This document shows positions 10,111 to 20,900 of a stretch of DNA of 64,000 nucleotides, in pieces. The DNA is from an uncultured Vibrio sp. (GTDB lineage Bacteria; Pseudomonadota; Gammaproteobacteria; Enterobacterales; Vibrionaceae), in NCBI GenBank assembly GCA_963676525.2, contig CAXXNB010000010.1, positions 19,797 through 83,796 of the forward strand, written 5' to 3'. Numbering within the stretch: the stretch's first letter is position 1; each line of letters begins with the position of its first letter. Under the pieces are notes generated by a model. That model saw nothing but the letters and a program-made list of their open reading frames with translations, did not search any database and was not told the origin of the DNA. The translations under genes were made by a program, and so were the position numbers.

Positions 10111-11222
10111 AAACGCAGTGAAGCCACACAAATCCCTACAATGGTAAAAACACTCAGCCAGATAACATCCTTTTGCAGCATAAGCAGCGAAGCGCCTTTG
10201 AGCACAATCGCGCGTACCATGCGCATAAAGTGTGTTGCGGGGAGAGCTTCTGCAATCCACTGCGCCGCTTCGGGCATGGCATCATAGGGAAACATAAATC
10301 CGGACAGCAGGATGGAGGGTAACAGAATAAATACGGTTAACTGCATTGCCTGTAGCTGAGTTTTAGCGATAGTACTGATCACCAACCCTAATGTCAGACT
10401 GGCAAAAATAAACAGTAACGCAGCAGCAAATAAGGTAAACAGCCCACCTCTTACCGGTACACCAAACAGAAAATGGCCGACAATTAAAATAATCGTCACC
10501 TGAATCAGTCCAACCAGCACAAAAGGAATGATTTTCCCTATCATGAGTTCCATTGGTTTGATTGGTGTGGTGATCAGTAATTCCATATTGCCATGTTCTC
10601 TTTCCCGGACAATTGCCGCAGACGTAAACATAATCATGGTCATGGTCAGGATCACGGCCAACAAACCCGGCACAATATTGATGACGGTTCGTTGCTCGGT
10701 ATTGAAATACTGTACTACTTCAAAACTGGGTACTGACGTTGATACTGCTTTTCCGGCTAATTCACTGAGAGGCATGGCGCGCAAACTGCGTACGGTAGAG
10801 GCAACCAGTGTGTCCGAACCATCGACAATCCATTGCGCTATTGGTCGGGTCAGTGGTGTGTTTTTATTGTTGGTGTTAAATGCAGGATGTCTTATTAACC
10901 GCTGATACATATCTGATGGTATATAAAAAATCGCTTTTATTTCTCCGGCAACGAGAGCTGACTCTGCCTGAGATAATGAGGAATATGCCTGTCGGATATC
11001 AACTGCCTGAGAAGCATTAACAGACTGAATCAGGGTGCGGCTGATCTGACTGGAAGACAGGTCGACGACTCCCGCCGGAACATGGCGGACATCCGTGTTG
11101 ATCGCATAACCAAACAGTAGTAACTGAACCAGAGGGATCATCACTATCATGGCAAAGGTCATTCGATCGCGAGCCAGTTGGCGGAATTCTTTAAACAATA
11201 CAGCGTTAATTCTGGCCCACAT
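10092..11222 (-). CDS. ABC-2 type exporter permease
   Basis: VREREHGNMELLITTP and LLSGFMFP motifs. Start placed at ATG 11222 behind GGAGG. Confidence 0.9.
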   Translation of the reverse strand: MWARINAVLFKEFRQLARDRMTFAMIVMIPLVQLLLFGYAINTDVRHVPAGVVDLSSSQISRTLIQSVNASQAVDIRQAYSSLSQAESALVAGEIKAIFYIPSDMYQRLIRHPAFNTNNKNTPLTRPIAQWIVDGSDTLVASTVRSLRAMPLSELAGKAVSTSVPSFEVVQYFNTEQRTVINIVPGLLAVILTMTMIMFTSAAIVREREHGNMELLITTPIKPMELMIGKIIPFVLVGLIQVTIILIVGHFLFGVPVRGGLFTLFAAALLFIFASLTLGLVISTIAKTQLQAMQLTVFILLPSILLSGFMFPYDAMPEAAQWIAEALPATHFMRMVRAIVLKGASLLMLQKDVIWLSVFTIVGICVASLRFHKRLE

Positions 11223-12141
11223 GACGACCTCCGGTACAGGCAACAAACACATCTTCCAGACTAGGTCTGACGATTTGCAGCGAACTTGTTGGTGCATATG
11301 GCTGTAACGAAGCAATCGGATCCCGAGTCGACTTTGTGATTAAAACCCGTAACCGGCTACCGATCTGTGAGGCAGAAATAACCTCAGGAAGTTGGATTAA
11401 ACTTTGTTTTAATGCCCGCAGTCCGTGGCCTTCAATTTCTACTATAGTGGATTCTAAATTGGACATTAATTCAAATGGTGAGCCATCTGCTCGCTTGATG
11501 CCGTTATCGAGGATGCCAATTTGATGACATCGTTCAGCTTCATCCATATAGTGCGTTGAGACCAGAATCGTGGTTCCCGCATCGCATAAATCAAAGAGTC
11601 GTTCCCAGAATTCACGGCGATTTTCCGGGTCGACCGCTGATGTGGGTTCATCCAGAAATAAAAGCTCAGGAGAATGCAATGTGGCACAAGCCAGCGCCAG
11701 CCTCTGTTTCTGACCACCACTCATGGAGCCAGCCAGTTGGGATTCCCGTCCTGTTAATTCATATAATTTCAGCAGTTCATTGATGCGCTGTTTTCTGTGT
11801 GTACCACTGAGACCATATATCGTGGCAATAAAACGCAGATTTTCCAGCACCGTCAGGTTTTCATATAAAGAAAATTTTTGAGTCATATAGCCCATGCGGG
11901 TTTTTAATTGTTCTTCATTGCCTTTTAGTGGTTCACCAAAAACCTGCACGCTGCCCTGGGTGGGAGTCAACAGTCCTGTTAGCAGGCGAATGGTGGTGGA
12001 CTTACCACAGCCATTGGGGCCAAGAAAACCATAAATGATGCCCTTAGGGATGTTTAATTCTAACTGGTTAACCGCAGTATTTTCCCCGAAACAACGGGTT
12101 AGATTCTCGGTCTGAATAACAGAGTCTGTGGTATGTGTCAT
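11206..12141 (-). CDS. ABC exporter ATP-binding protein
   Basis: GPNGCGKST, MSGGQKQRL, LDEPTSAVD and STHYMDEAE. Confidence 0.95.
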   Translation of the reverse strand: MTHTTDSVIQTENLTRCFGENTAVNQLELNIPKGIIYGFLGPNGCGKSTTIRLLTGLLTPTQGSVQVFGEPLKGNEEQLKTRMGYMTQKFSLYENLTVLENLRFIATIYGLSGTHRKQRINELLKLYELTGRESQLAGSMSGGQKQRLALACATLHSPELLFLDEPTSAVDPENRREFWERLFDLCDAGTTILVSTHYMDEAERCHQIGILDNGIKRADGSPFELMSNLESTIVEIEGHGLRALKQSLIQLPEVISASQIGSRLRVLITKSTRDPIASLQPYAPTSSLQIVRPSLEDVFVACTGGRHVGQN

Positions 12142-13085
12142 GGAAGATGAACCTCCAGTGTCATACCGGTAGGTAGCGATTCGGCCTGTTGAATGTCGAT
12201 TTTGGTCAGATACATTAACCGGGAACGGTCGCGTTCGTTTAATGCATAATAAGGAGTAAAAGCTGGTTGGCGACGAATATAGCGAACGACACCTGAATAT
12301 TGTTTGCTGCTACCATCAATGCTGACATTGACTTCTTGCCCTTCATGGAGCGTATTCAATGCGGTTTGTGGAACGTAAACCTGAGCATAAGCCTGACTAT
12401 TGGTTTCGAGTCGAATCAGTGGTTCGTTGGCATTGATTCGGTTACCGGTTATCCAGGGAAGCTGTACCACTGTTCCTGCTGAAGGTGCTGTTATGGTCAG
12501 ATCGCTAAGTGATTTCTGAGTCTGTTTTAGAGCACTTTCCGCTGCAGTGACCTGAGCTTTAAGTTGTTCCAGTAGTTCTATGCGGGTGCCATTCTGTAGT
12601 ACTTGCCATAGAGCTAAACTTTGTTTGGTTAACTGGCGTTTTTGCTGGTAGTCAGTCTGGGTATTATCGAGTTCTGCCTGGCCGACAGTTTTGGTTTTAA
12701 ACAGTTTTTGCGTTCTCAGATAAGCCAGTCGGGCTTTTTCTTCGGCTGCTTTTGCTGCTTCATACTGGGCTTGTGCGGCCTGTCGGTCTTCCAAACGGGC
12801 ACCATTTTCTTTTTCTTCCAGAGCAAATTTGGCTGCATCTAAATTGGCCTGGGCCTGTTGGACTTTGAGCCTGGCATCATCTGAATTTATCTGTATTAAA
12901 GGCTGATTGGCTTTTACCTGCTCACCTTCAGTTACATAGATGGTCTGGATTTGTTCACTGATTGGTGATGACAGGGTAATAACATCCCGTTCCAGAGTAC
13001 CCATCGCGATATGTTCATCAGTTTTTTGGCAGCCAACTTGTAGTAGTAAAGATAGAAGGATACATACCCTAACTAGAGTCATCAT
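12138..13085 (-). CDS. HlyD-family membrane fusion protein (YbhG-like), lipoprotein signal
   Basis: N-terminal hydrophobic segment ending VGC, V.EGEQV lipoyl-like half, long helical hairpin, AFTPY and LPTGM. First gene of the ABC operon. Confidence 0.88.
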   Translation of the reverse strand: MMTLVRVCILLSLLLQVGCQKTDEHIAMGTLERDVITLSSPISEQIQTIYVTEGEQVKANQPLIQINSDDARLKVQQAQANLDAAKFALEEKENGARLEDRQAAQAQYEAAKAAEEKARLAYLRTQKLFKTKTVGQAELDNTQTDYQQKRQLTKQSLALWQVLQNGTRIELLEQLKAQVTAAESALKQTQKSLSDLTITAPSAGTVVQLPWITGNRINANEPLIRLETNSQAYAQVYVPQTALNTLHEGQEVNVSIDGSSKQYSGVVRYIRRQPAFTPYYALNERDRSRLMYLTKIDIQQAESLPTGMTLEVHLP

Positions 13086-13568
13086 TTTTTCTCTCTTCTT
13101 GAACCTTTTTTGTATTTATTTTCTGAATAATCATTATTAATGATTGGTAAAACGTTCTGAATCGTGGGATCACATTTGGTGAATTTTTATCAATATAATT
13201 AAATTTATTACCTTATATAAACAATTTAGCTTATTTTTTTAGCTTATATATAATTTTGATGATTAATGTTGTTGTAAATTTTATAAAAAACTCTAAATAT
13301 CTTAAATTTGCTTCTAATTGTTGGGAAAATACTTGATTTTGTTTTTTTGACATATGTCAAATTTGTTTATTTTTTCTTTGTTTTGTCAAAAAAATAACTA
13401 GATCCTGACATTGTGTTTGTTCAAGAATGATTTTACTCAGCTCATTTATTTGATTTATGAATACGTCAACATCATCCGATTTGTTATTAATGTTATTTGT
13501 TGGATGTGAATGGATAAATGAACTGTTTAAATTTACGAACAAAAAATATTCAGGAGAAATTCATTCTT

Positions 13569-16046
13569 ATGAAAACTATAAAATATATTTCCGGTACGGC
13601 AATGTCATTATTGGCATTATCGATTGCCGGATGCGGCGGTGGTGATGGTAGCAGCAGTAGTAGTAGTCTTAGTACAGGGGTTTACAAAGATGATACAGTC
13701 GATGGGGTGAATTATACCTGTGGTTCCACAACTGGTATCACACAAGAAGGTGGTAAATTCCATTATGAAGCGGGAGACACTTGTACCTTCTATATTACTT
13801 ATACTGATAGTGATAATGCCACTAAGACCATTACATTAAGTGAAGTTGATACTAGTACACTTACTAGTGAAACGTATTTCGAAAAAAACGAAGATGCACA
13901 AACAGTTCTTCAGACCATTGGTACTATTGAGACTAATTCAAATGGTCTGAATGTCATTACAATTACTCCGGAACAAGTTCAAAATGTTATAGATATAGTA
14001 GGTGATGACCTTGCTGGTGATGCGGCAGAGTCACTGGTTTCGGCTATGCAAAGTCATACTGATGAGATTGACGTTGTAACTGATGAAGAAAGAGCTGCGC
14101 ACATATTAAATACACTTTTACTCGATTCGTCATTCCTTGATGTCGGTGATGATGATGGCACCATATACGCTTCTTTCACTTTTTCTGATGAAGAAGGGGA
14201 TGACGGGCTTGTTGACACCGTTACTTATGTGGATCAATTGGGTAGCGAAGACGGTACTGCTTCAATATCTCTTAATGATAGTGAGGGTACCGCGACTTTA
14301 ACTACTGATGATAATACTGTATATACACTTACTTATGTTAGAGACGAAGACAATGATCTTTATTATGTAGAGATGACAACTTCATCAGCAACCGAGCGTC
14401 TTTATCCGGTAACAGAAAAAGGTGCGGCTGAAAGTTATTTATTAAGTACTATATTACCTAATAGTTCAACAATGTACCTGGTTGAAGACGGTATGTCATC
14501 TCCTGAAACATGGCAGTATTCTGATGCAACAACTGTTACCTATGATGTGTCAACTCCGACAGTCACACTTACCTATTATGACTCTACAACAACAGTGACT
14601 TTCACTGGCTTCTATGAAGATTATCTGACTTACACTTATACAGATGTAGAAGGTGAGACGACAACAACAGGTAGTGGGCGTATGTATTATGATGCAGATA
14701 CCGCTCAAAATTATCTTGATGAGTTAAATTCAGATGATTCATCAGATTCTACTACAACAGCATTCTCTTTAGATATGGTAAGTGGGAAAACACTATATAC
14801 CAGTGATTTCTACAAACTTGTATTTGAAGACTCTAATACTCCTACTGTGCAAATTTTTAATATGCTGAATTCTGAAGAGGATGATGGTGAAACTGAATCT
14901 TATTCCGTGAACAATGATGGTCAATTAGTTATTGAAGGTAGTGATGATATCGAAACGCTGACTTTAACTGGTATTGGTGACAATTATTACTCAATAGAAC
15001 TAATGGAAGGTATTGAGTTAGAAGAATTGACAGTATATAGCAGTCTGGATGCTTTAGAAGATGCAATGGTTGATGATGCACTTCCAACTAGTGTAACGGA
15101 TGCGTCTAATGATTCAACTAATGATACTTATGCAGGCTTCGAACTTCTTACCTTGACTGCAGAAGAATCATCAGATGCTGAGCAAATTCAAATCACAGTG
15201 ACCGCTAATGGTAGTATTCCAGATGCATTGGCAGCAGCTGCTTTGGATCCAGATGGGAATGTATCTTCAAATTATACTAACTATCTGTGGATTGAAGTAA
15301 ACAATAGCATTGAATTTGGTATGTCTTCATCTGGCGATAAATATTGTGTCACTGATTATTGGCAAGATGGTGAATATGTTGATGGTACTTCAATAGATAG
15401 TTACTGTACGGCAGAAGTAAGTACTGATGGAAAAACGGTTACTTTAACTATTGATGCAGAACAAATTCCGGATAATGATTATGGCTATTTGACTGTGTCT
15501 GCTGAAATGGGGGCAGACTACGATGATTTGGACGGAAGTGACGAATATGATGATTATGGCTATGATAGAATCGTTCTTGCAGCAAGTTGGTCCTATAACA
15601 CATCATTTAGCTTTACGGCTGACTGGTTGGCAGGAAAAACTCTATACGACGTATTTTCAATGGCCCAGTATGGTGGTGAAAATCCAATTGAGGTAGATAG
15701 TGGCTGGGAATTTGACCAATTAACGTTTTCCGCTGATGGAAGTAGCCTCACTCTAACAAATATAGACACAGGAGGTAGTCTTGGTTCTTCAGAGTATGGC
15801 TCATATATTGTTACCAGTGAAGGTTATATTGAAGTAACTTTATTCGGTGACGATGGAGTTGCTGATACAGAAGACGATGAAGTCTATTATGTAAAAGCGT
15901 TTTCTAAGAATGCCAGCTATGTAACCACAATGTCTGCTGAGACTGAAGATGAGTTAACTGCTACTACGGAGCATGATGGTTACGAATACTTCTTCTTGGA
16001 TTACGACTCTGCGATTCAGTTTGCTGAGGAAAACCCAATCGAATAA
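13569..16046 (+). CDS. Large, very acidic Ser/Thr/Asp/Glu-rich lipoprotein of unknown function (825 aa)
   Basis: Signal peptide with lipobox IAG-C22 followed by a GGGDGSSSSSS linker. Very few Lys/Arg. Start at ATG 13569 behind CAGGAG. Confidence 0.85.
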   Translation: MKTIKYISGTAMSLLALSIAGCGGGDGSSSSSSLSTGVYKDDTVDGVNYTCGSTTGITQEGGKFHYEAGDTCTFYITYTDSDNATKTITLSEVDTSTLTSETYFEKNEDAQTVLQTIGTIETNSNGLNVITITPEQVQNVIDIVGDDLAGDAAESLVSAMQSHTDEIDVVTDEERAAHILNTLLLDSSFLDVGDDDGTIYASFTFSDEEGDDGLVDTVTYVDQLGSEDGTASISLNDSEGTATLTTDDNTVYTLTYVRDEDNDLYYVEMTTSSATERLYPVTEKGAAESYLLSTILPNSSTMYLVEDGMSSPETWQYSDATTVTYDVSTPTVTLTYYDSTTTVTFTGFYEDYLTYTYTDVEGETTTTGSGRMYYDADTAQNYLDELNSDDSSDSTTTAFSLDMVSGKTLYTSDFYKLVFEDSNTPTVQIFNMLNSEEDDGETESYSVNNDGQLVIEGSDDIETLTLTGIGDNYYSIELMEGIELEELTVYSSLDALEDAMVDDALPTSVTDASNDSTNDTYAGFELLTLTAEESSDAEQIQITVTANGSIPDALAAAALDPDGNVSSNYTNYLWIEVNNSIEFGMSSSGDKYCVTDYWQDGEYVDGTSIDSYCTAEVSTDGKTVTLTIDAEQIPDNDYGYLTVSAEMGADYDDLDGSDEYDDYGYDRIVLAASWSYNTSFSFTADWLAGKTLYDVFSMAQYGGENPIEVDSGWEFDQLTFSADGSSLTLTNIDTGGSLGSSEYGSYIVTSEGYIEVTLFGDDGVADTEDDEVYYVKAFSKNASYVTTMSAETEDELTATTEHDGYEYFFLDYDSAIQFAEENPIE

Positions 16047-16072
16047 GTAACTAAAACTTTCACAAATGTATG

Positions 16073-16107
16073 AACAGGATATGGCTTATGTCATATCCTG
16101 TTTTTTT
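16073..16107 (+). terminator. Intrinsic terminator after the lipoprotein gene
   Basis: Stem aacaggatatg/catatcctgtt followed by a T-tract. Confidence 0.85.
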
Positions 16108-16274
16108 CTATTATTCACATCATCCATAATTTTCGAACACTTCAAATTTATTTCCCCATCATCGTCTATAGTTTTAAGTATGTTTCTATCATTTGCTAAT
16201 AATCTCAGCAATAAGTCAGTTACCTATTAAGTAATAAGTGGTTGAAGGCTTATCTGACAAATAAGGTGATCAAC

Positions 16275-17912
16275 ATGCGCATGCCACCCAGAGATATGAC
16301 ACCACCGCCGGATTTAACTCTCAAAAAAGGCACGGGTCCGGTTCTGACCCATTTCCCGGTTTATTCCAATTCAGTGCCTCCCTGTAATTATGCCTGTCCT
16401 ACCGGAAGTAATATTCAGAAATGGTTGTCACTTGCTCAGGAAAAACGTTACGAAGAAGCCTTTCAGGAACTGGTGCTGAATAATCCGTTACCTGCGGTCC
16501 ATGGCCGGGTGTGTTATCACCCTTGTGAGCATGCCTGTAACCGAACCAATGTTGATCAGGCTGTGAGTATTCATGCCGTGGAACGTTTTCTTGGTGATAT
16601 TGCATTAGAAAAAAACTGGCCGGTTCGTTATGAAGCCAAACCAACAGGGAAACGGGTGCTGATTGTTGGTGCCGGACCAAGCGGATTAGCGACTGCTTAT
16701 CATCTAAAGCGCAAAGGGCATGATGTCGAAATACATGAATCTGCTTCTATGGCCGGGGGAATGATGCTATTCGGCATTCCTGCCTATCGCTTGCCCAGAG
16801 ATATTCTGAAACAGGAAATCCAGCGTCTGGAAAATATGGGTATCCGGATCGTGCTCAATCATTTGGTAAAAAATCTCCTGGCTGAGAAAGTATCTGGTCA
16901 GTTTGATGCGGTATTTATTGCTATTGGTGCTCATGTCGGGCGGGGAGTCAGTCTTTCTCATGAGGATCATGATAGTACTTATGATGCCATATCCTATTTA
17001 CGCAGTAATGAAATGGGGGATGCGCCAGATCTGGGTAAACGGGTGATTGTTTATGGCGGCGGTAATACTGCGATGGATGCAGCCCGAACTGCGAGAAGAA
17101 AAGGTGCTGAAGTGACCGTTATTTATCGGCGCGACCGCGAACATATGCCGGCTCATGATTTTGAATGTCAGGAAGCTCTGGAAGAAGGAGTTATCTTTAA
17201 CTGGTTGAAAACCATTAATCAGGTTGAAGAAATCACCTTTACTCTGGAAAGAATGGAACTGAATGATGATGGCTATCCAATGCCGACCGGAGAGTTGGAA
17301 ACCATCGAGGCGGATTCACTGATTTTAGCCCTCGGGCAGAATATCGACTCTAAACTGACACAAAACCTGCCAGGGGTTGAACATGATAAAGGCGGTGTCG
17401 TTACGGTTAATGAGCAAATGATGACTGGATATCCTGGTGTGTTTGCTGGTGGTGATATGGTCCCTAGTGAAAGAACGGTCACTATCGCTGTCGGGCATGG
17501 CAAAAAAGCGGCGGCTCATATTGATGCTTATCTGCATGGCAGAACCTATCACAAAGAGAATAAAAAACCGTTAGTCAGTTATGACCAGTTACACCTTTGG
17601 TATAAGACTGATGCTGATCAGAAAGCTCAACCGGCGATTGCACCGGAAATACGGGCAGAAAGTTTTGATGAAGTGGTTGGTGGATTAACCGAAGAAGAAG
17701 CCTATTACGAAGCGCAGCGCTGTTACTCCTGTGGTAACTGTTTTGAGTGTGATGGTTGCTACGGTGCCTGTCCCAACGGAGCAATCATTAAGCTGGGTAA
17801 AGGGAACGGATATCAGATTGATTACGATAAGTGTACCGGCTGTGGTGCCTGTTATGCTCAGTGTCCCTGCCATGCCATAGAAATGGTACAAGCTGAAGTT
17901 AATCCGCAATAA
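16275..17912 (+). CDS. GltD/SudA/NfnB-like FAD- and NAD(P)H-dependent Fe-S oxidoreductase with C-terminal ferredoxin domain
   Basis: CNYACP...GRVCYHPCEHAC, GAGPSG, GGGNTAMD...IYRR, plus C-terminal CxxCxxCxxCxxCxxxCP and CxxCxxCxxxCP. Start probably ATG 16275 behind AAGGTGA. Confidence 0.85.
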   Translation: MRMPPRDMTPPPDLTLKKGTGPVLTHFPVYSNSVPPCNYACPTGSNIQKWLSLAQEKRYEEAFQELVLNNPLPAVHGRVCYHPCEHACNRTNVDQAVSIHAVERFLGDIALEKNWPVRYEAKPTGKRVLIVGAGPSGLATAYHLKRKGHDVEIHESASMAGGMMLFGIPAYRLPRDILKQEIQRLENMGIRIVLNHLVKNLLAEKVSGQFDAVFIAIGAHVGRGVSLSHEDHDSTYDAISYLRSNEMGDAPDLGKRVIVYGGGNTAMDAARTARRKGAEVTVIYRRDREHMPAHDFECQEALEEGVIFNWLKTINQVEEITFTLERMELNDDGYPMPTGELETIEADSLILALGQNIDSKLTQNLPGVEHDKGGVVTVNEQMMTGYPGVFAGGDMVPSERTVTIAVGHGKKAAAHIDAYLHGRTYHKENKKPLVSYDQLHLWYKTDADQKAQPAIAPEIRAESFDEVVGGLTEEEAYYEAQRCYSCGNCFECDGCYGACPNGAIIKLGKGNGYQIDYDKCTGCGACYAQCPCHAIEMVQAEVNPQ

Positions 17913-17920
17913 GGAGTGGA

Positions 17921-20900
17921 ATGATGAATCTAGATAAACAGACCGTCATGCACACCTGTGACGGAAACGAAGCAACTGCTTATATTGCCTATCGGGTCAG
18001 TGAAGTATGCGGAATCTTTCCGATAACCCCGTCATCGGCGATGGCTGAATTTGCCGATCAATGGGCATCAGAAGGGAAACCTAATCTGTGGGGCAATATT
18101 CCTTTAATTGCTGAAATGCAAAGTGAAGGTGGGGCTGCCGGTACGGTTCATGGGGCATTGCAAAGTGGCGCATTAACCACGACATTTACGGCATCGCAAG
18201 GGCTGATGCTAATGTTGCCTAATATGTATAAGATTGCCGGAGAACTGACTTCCACTGTGTTTCACGTGGCTGCTCGCTCTCTGGCGGCTCAGGCATTATC
18301 GATCTTTGGTGATCATCAGGATGTCATGGCCGTTCGCGGAACCGGGTTTGCCTTGCTGGCCTCTTCTTCGGTGCAGGAAGCACATGATTTGGCTTTAATT
18401 GCGCATGCTTCTACGCTTTTGTCCCGTATTCCATTTGTGCATTTCTTTGATGGATTCCGAACCTCTCACGAAGTAAATAAAATCAGTTTAATCCCTGATT
18501 CTGTTATTAGGGAAATGATCTCAGATCGCTTAGTCAGAGAGCACCGGGAACGGGGGTTGAGGCCGGACAATCCATTTATCCGAGGTACCGCGCAAAATCC
18601 TGATGTCTATTTTCAGGCCCGGGAAACCGTCAATCCGTTTTATGAAGCAACACCAGATATTGTTCAGGCATGCATGGATCAGCTTGCTGACCTGACCGGA
18701 AGACAATACCAACTGATGGAATACTCTGGTGCTACAGATGCTGAGCATATTGTGGTTGCTATGGGCTCTGGTGTAGAGACCATCAAAGAAACCGTAGACT
18801 ACCTGACAGCACTGGGTGAAAAAGTTGGTGTCATTAAGGTGCGTTTATATCGGCCTTTATCGGCCAGTCATTTGTTGGATGCAATTCCTGATACAGTGAA
18901 AACCATAACGGTACTGGACAGAACCAAAGAGACCGGTGCCAATGGCGATCCGTTATATCAGGATGTTATGACTGCTGTGGTGGAAAATAGCGAAAGGTTC
19001 ACCATGATCCCTAAGCTAATTGCCGGGCGTTATGGTTTGTCCAGTAAAGAATTTACACCGGCAATGGTGAAAGCTGTTTTCGATAATATGAAGTCGGACA
19101 ACATCAAGCAGCATTTTACGGTTGGTATTATTGATGATGTTACCCATTCAAATCTAAATGTTGATGACAGCTTTGATATTGAATCCAATGAAATTGTCCG
19201 GGCTCTGTTCTTTGGATTAGGGGCAGACGGAACGGTCGGAGCCAATAAAAATACCATTAAAATTATTGGAGCAGATCCTGATTATTTCGCTCAGGCGTAT
19301 TTTGTCTATGACTCTAAGAAATCAGGTTCGAAAACCGAATCTCACCTGCGTTTTGGGCATCATCCGATTAACAGCCCGTATCTGATCCAGTCGGCGAATT
19401 TTATTGCCTGTCATCAGGCGACCTTTGTCGAAACGGTCAATATGCTCGATAAAGCCGCTGTTGGAGCCACATTCCTGCTCAATAGTTCTGTTCCAAAAGA
19501 TAAAGTCTGGCGTTCTCTGCCAGAACACATGCAGCAAACCTTAATTGATAAGCAGATGAAGCTGTTTGTTATTGATGCGTGTAAAGTGGCGCGTGAAACA
19601 GAAATGGGTAGCCGTATCAATACCATAATGCAGACATGTTTTTTTGCGTTGTCTGGTGTGATGGATAAAGATACGGCGATAGGAAAAATTAAAAAAGCGA
19701 TCGAAAAAACCTATTCCCGCAAAGGAGCTGAATTAGTACAGAAAAACTTTGCTGCGGTCGATCAGGCCTTGGCAAATCTTTATCAGGTTGATATTCCGGA
19801 ATCTGTTTCTTCCGATGTAATAAATAAACCTACTGTAGAAGAACAAGCGCCTGAATTTGTCCAAACTGTCACGGCAGAAATGATTCGCGGTAAAGGTGAT
19901 TTAATTCCGGTCTCTATGTTGCCTATTGACGGTACATATCCATCAGGAACCAGTCGGTGGGAGAAACGTAATATAGCTCAGCGAATTCCAATCTGGGAAT
20001 CCGAAGACTGTATTCAGTGTGGAAACTGCAGCATGATTTGTCCACATGCGGCAATTCGGGCCAAATTCTATGATAAGTCACTGTTAGAAAGAGCACCGGA
20101 AGGGTTCAAATCAGCAGGAATTACAGCCAGAGGTTTTCCTGATGCTCGTTATACCCTTCAGGTTTATCCGGAAGACTGTACCGGATGCGGACTTTGTGTA
20201 GATGCCTGTCCGGTACAGAACCCCATTGATGTCGGCCAGTTGCCACGAAAAGCGATCAATATGGAACTGAAAGCGCCTTATCTGGAAACAGAAAAAGAAA
20301 GCCTCAAGTTCTTTGAAACCATTCCATATAACGATCGCTCCAGAGTGGATTTCTCTCACGTTCGAGGGGTGCAGTTCCTCGAACCTTTGTTTGAGTTTTC
20401 CGGTGCCTGCTCAGGTTGTGGCGAAACGCCGTATCTGAAATTAATATCTCAGTTATTTGGCGACCGGATGATGGTGGCTAATGCGACCGGGTGTTCATCT
20501 ATCTATGGTGGTAACTTACCAACGACGCCATGGTCAAAAAACAGCGCAGAACGGGGCCCTGCCTGGTCGAACTCTCTGTTTGAAGACAATGCGGAGTTTG
20601 GTTTTGGTTTCCGGCTAGCCGCAACCAAACAACATGAACTGGCAAAACAGTTATTGATAGAACATAAAGATGTGCTTGCTCCTTTGCTGGTTGACTTGTT
20701 ATTAAATGCGAAACAAATAACAGAGTCGGATATTCAGGCTCAGATCGAGCGGGTAGAAGAGCTAAAACAGTGCTTAGAAAAAATAGGTACCAATGAAGCG
20801 CTTAATTTGATTTCTGTCGCTGATCAGTTAATCAGGCGTTCCATCTGGATTGTTGGTGGTGATGGCTGGGCATATGACATCGGTTATGGCGGTCTTGACC

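Noticed and set aside
13155-13176. CRP site upstream of the lipoprotein gene
   Set aside because: Only the TCACA half-site is present; no TGTGA at the required 6-bp spacing.
16110-16274. FNR box upstream of the PFOR operon
   Set aside because: No TTGAT-N4-ATCAA match found by eye.
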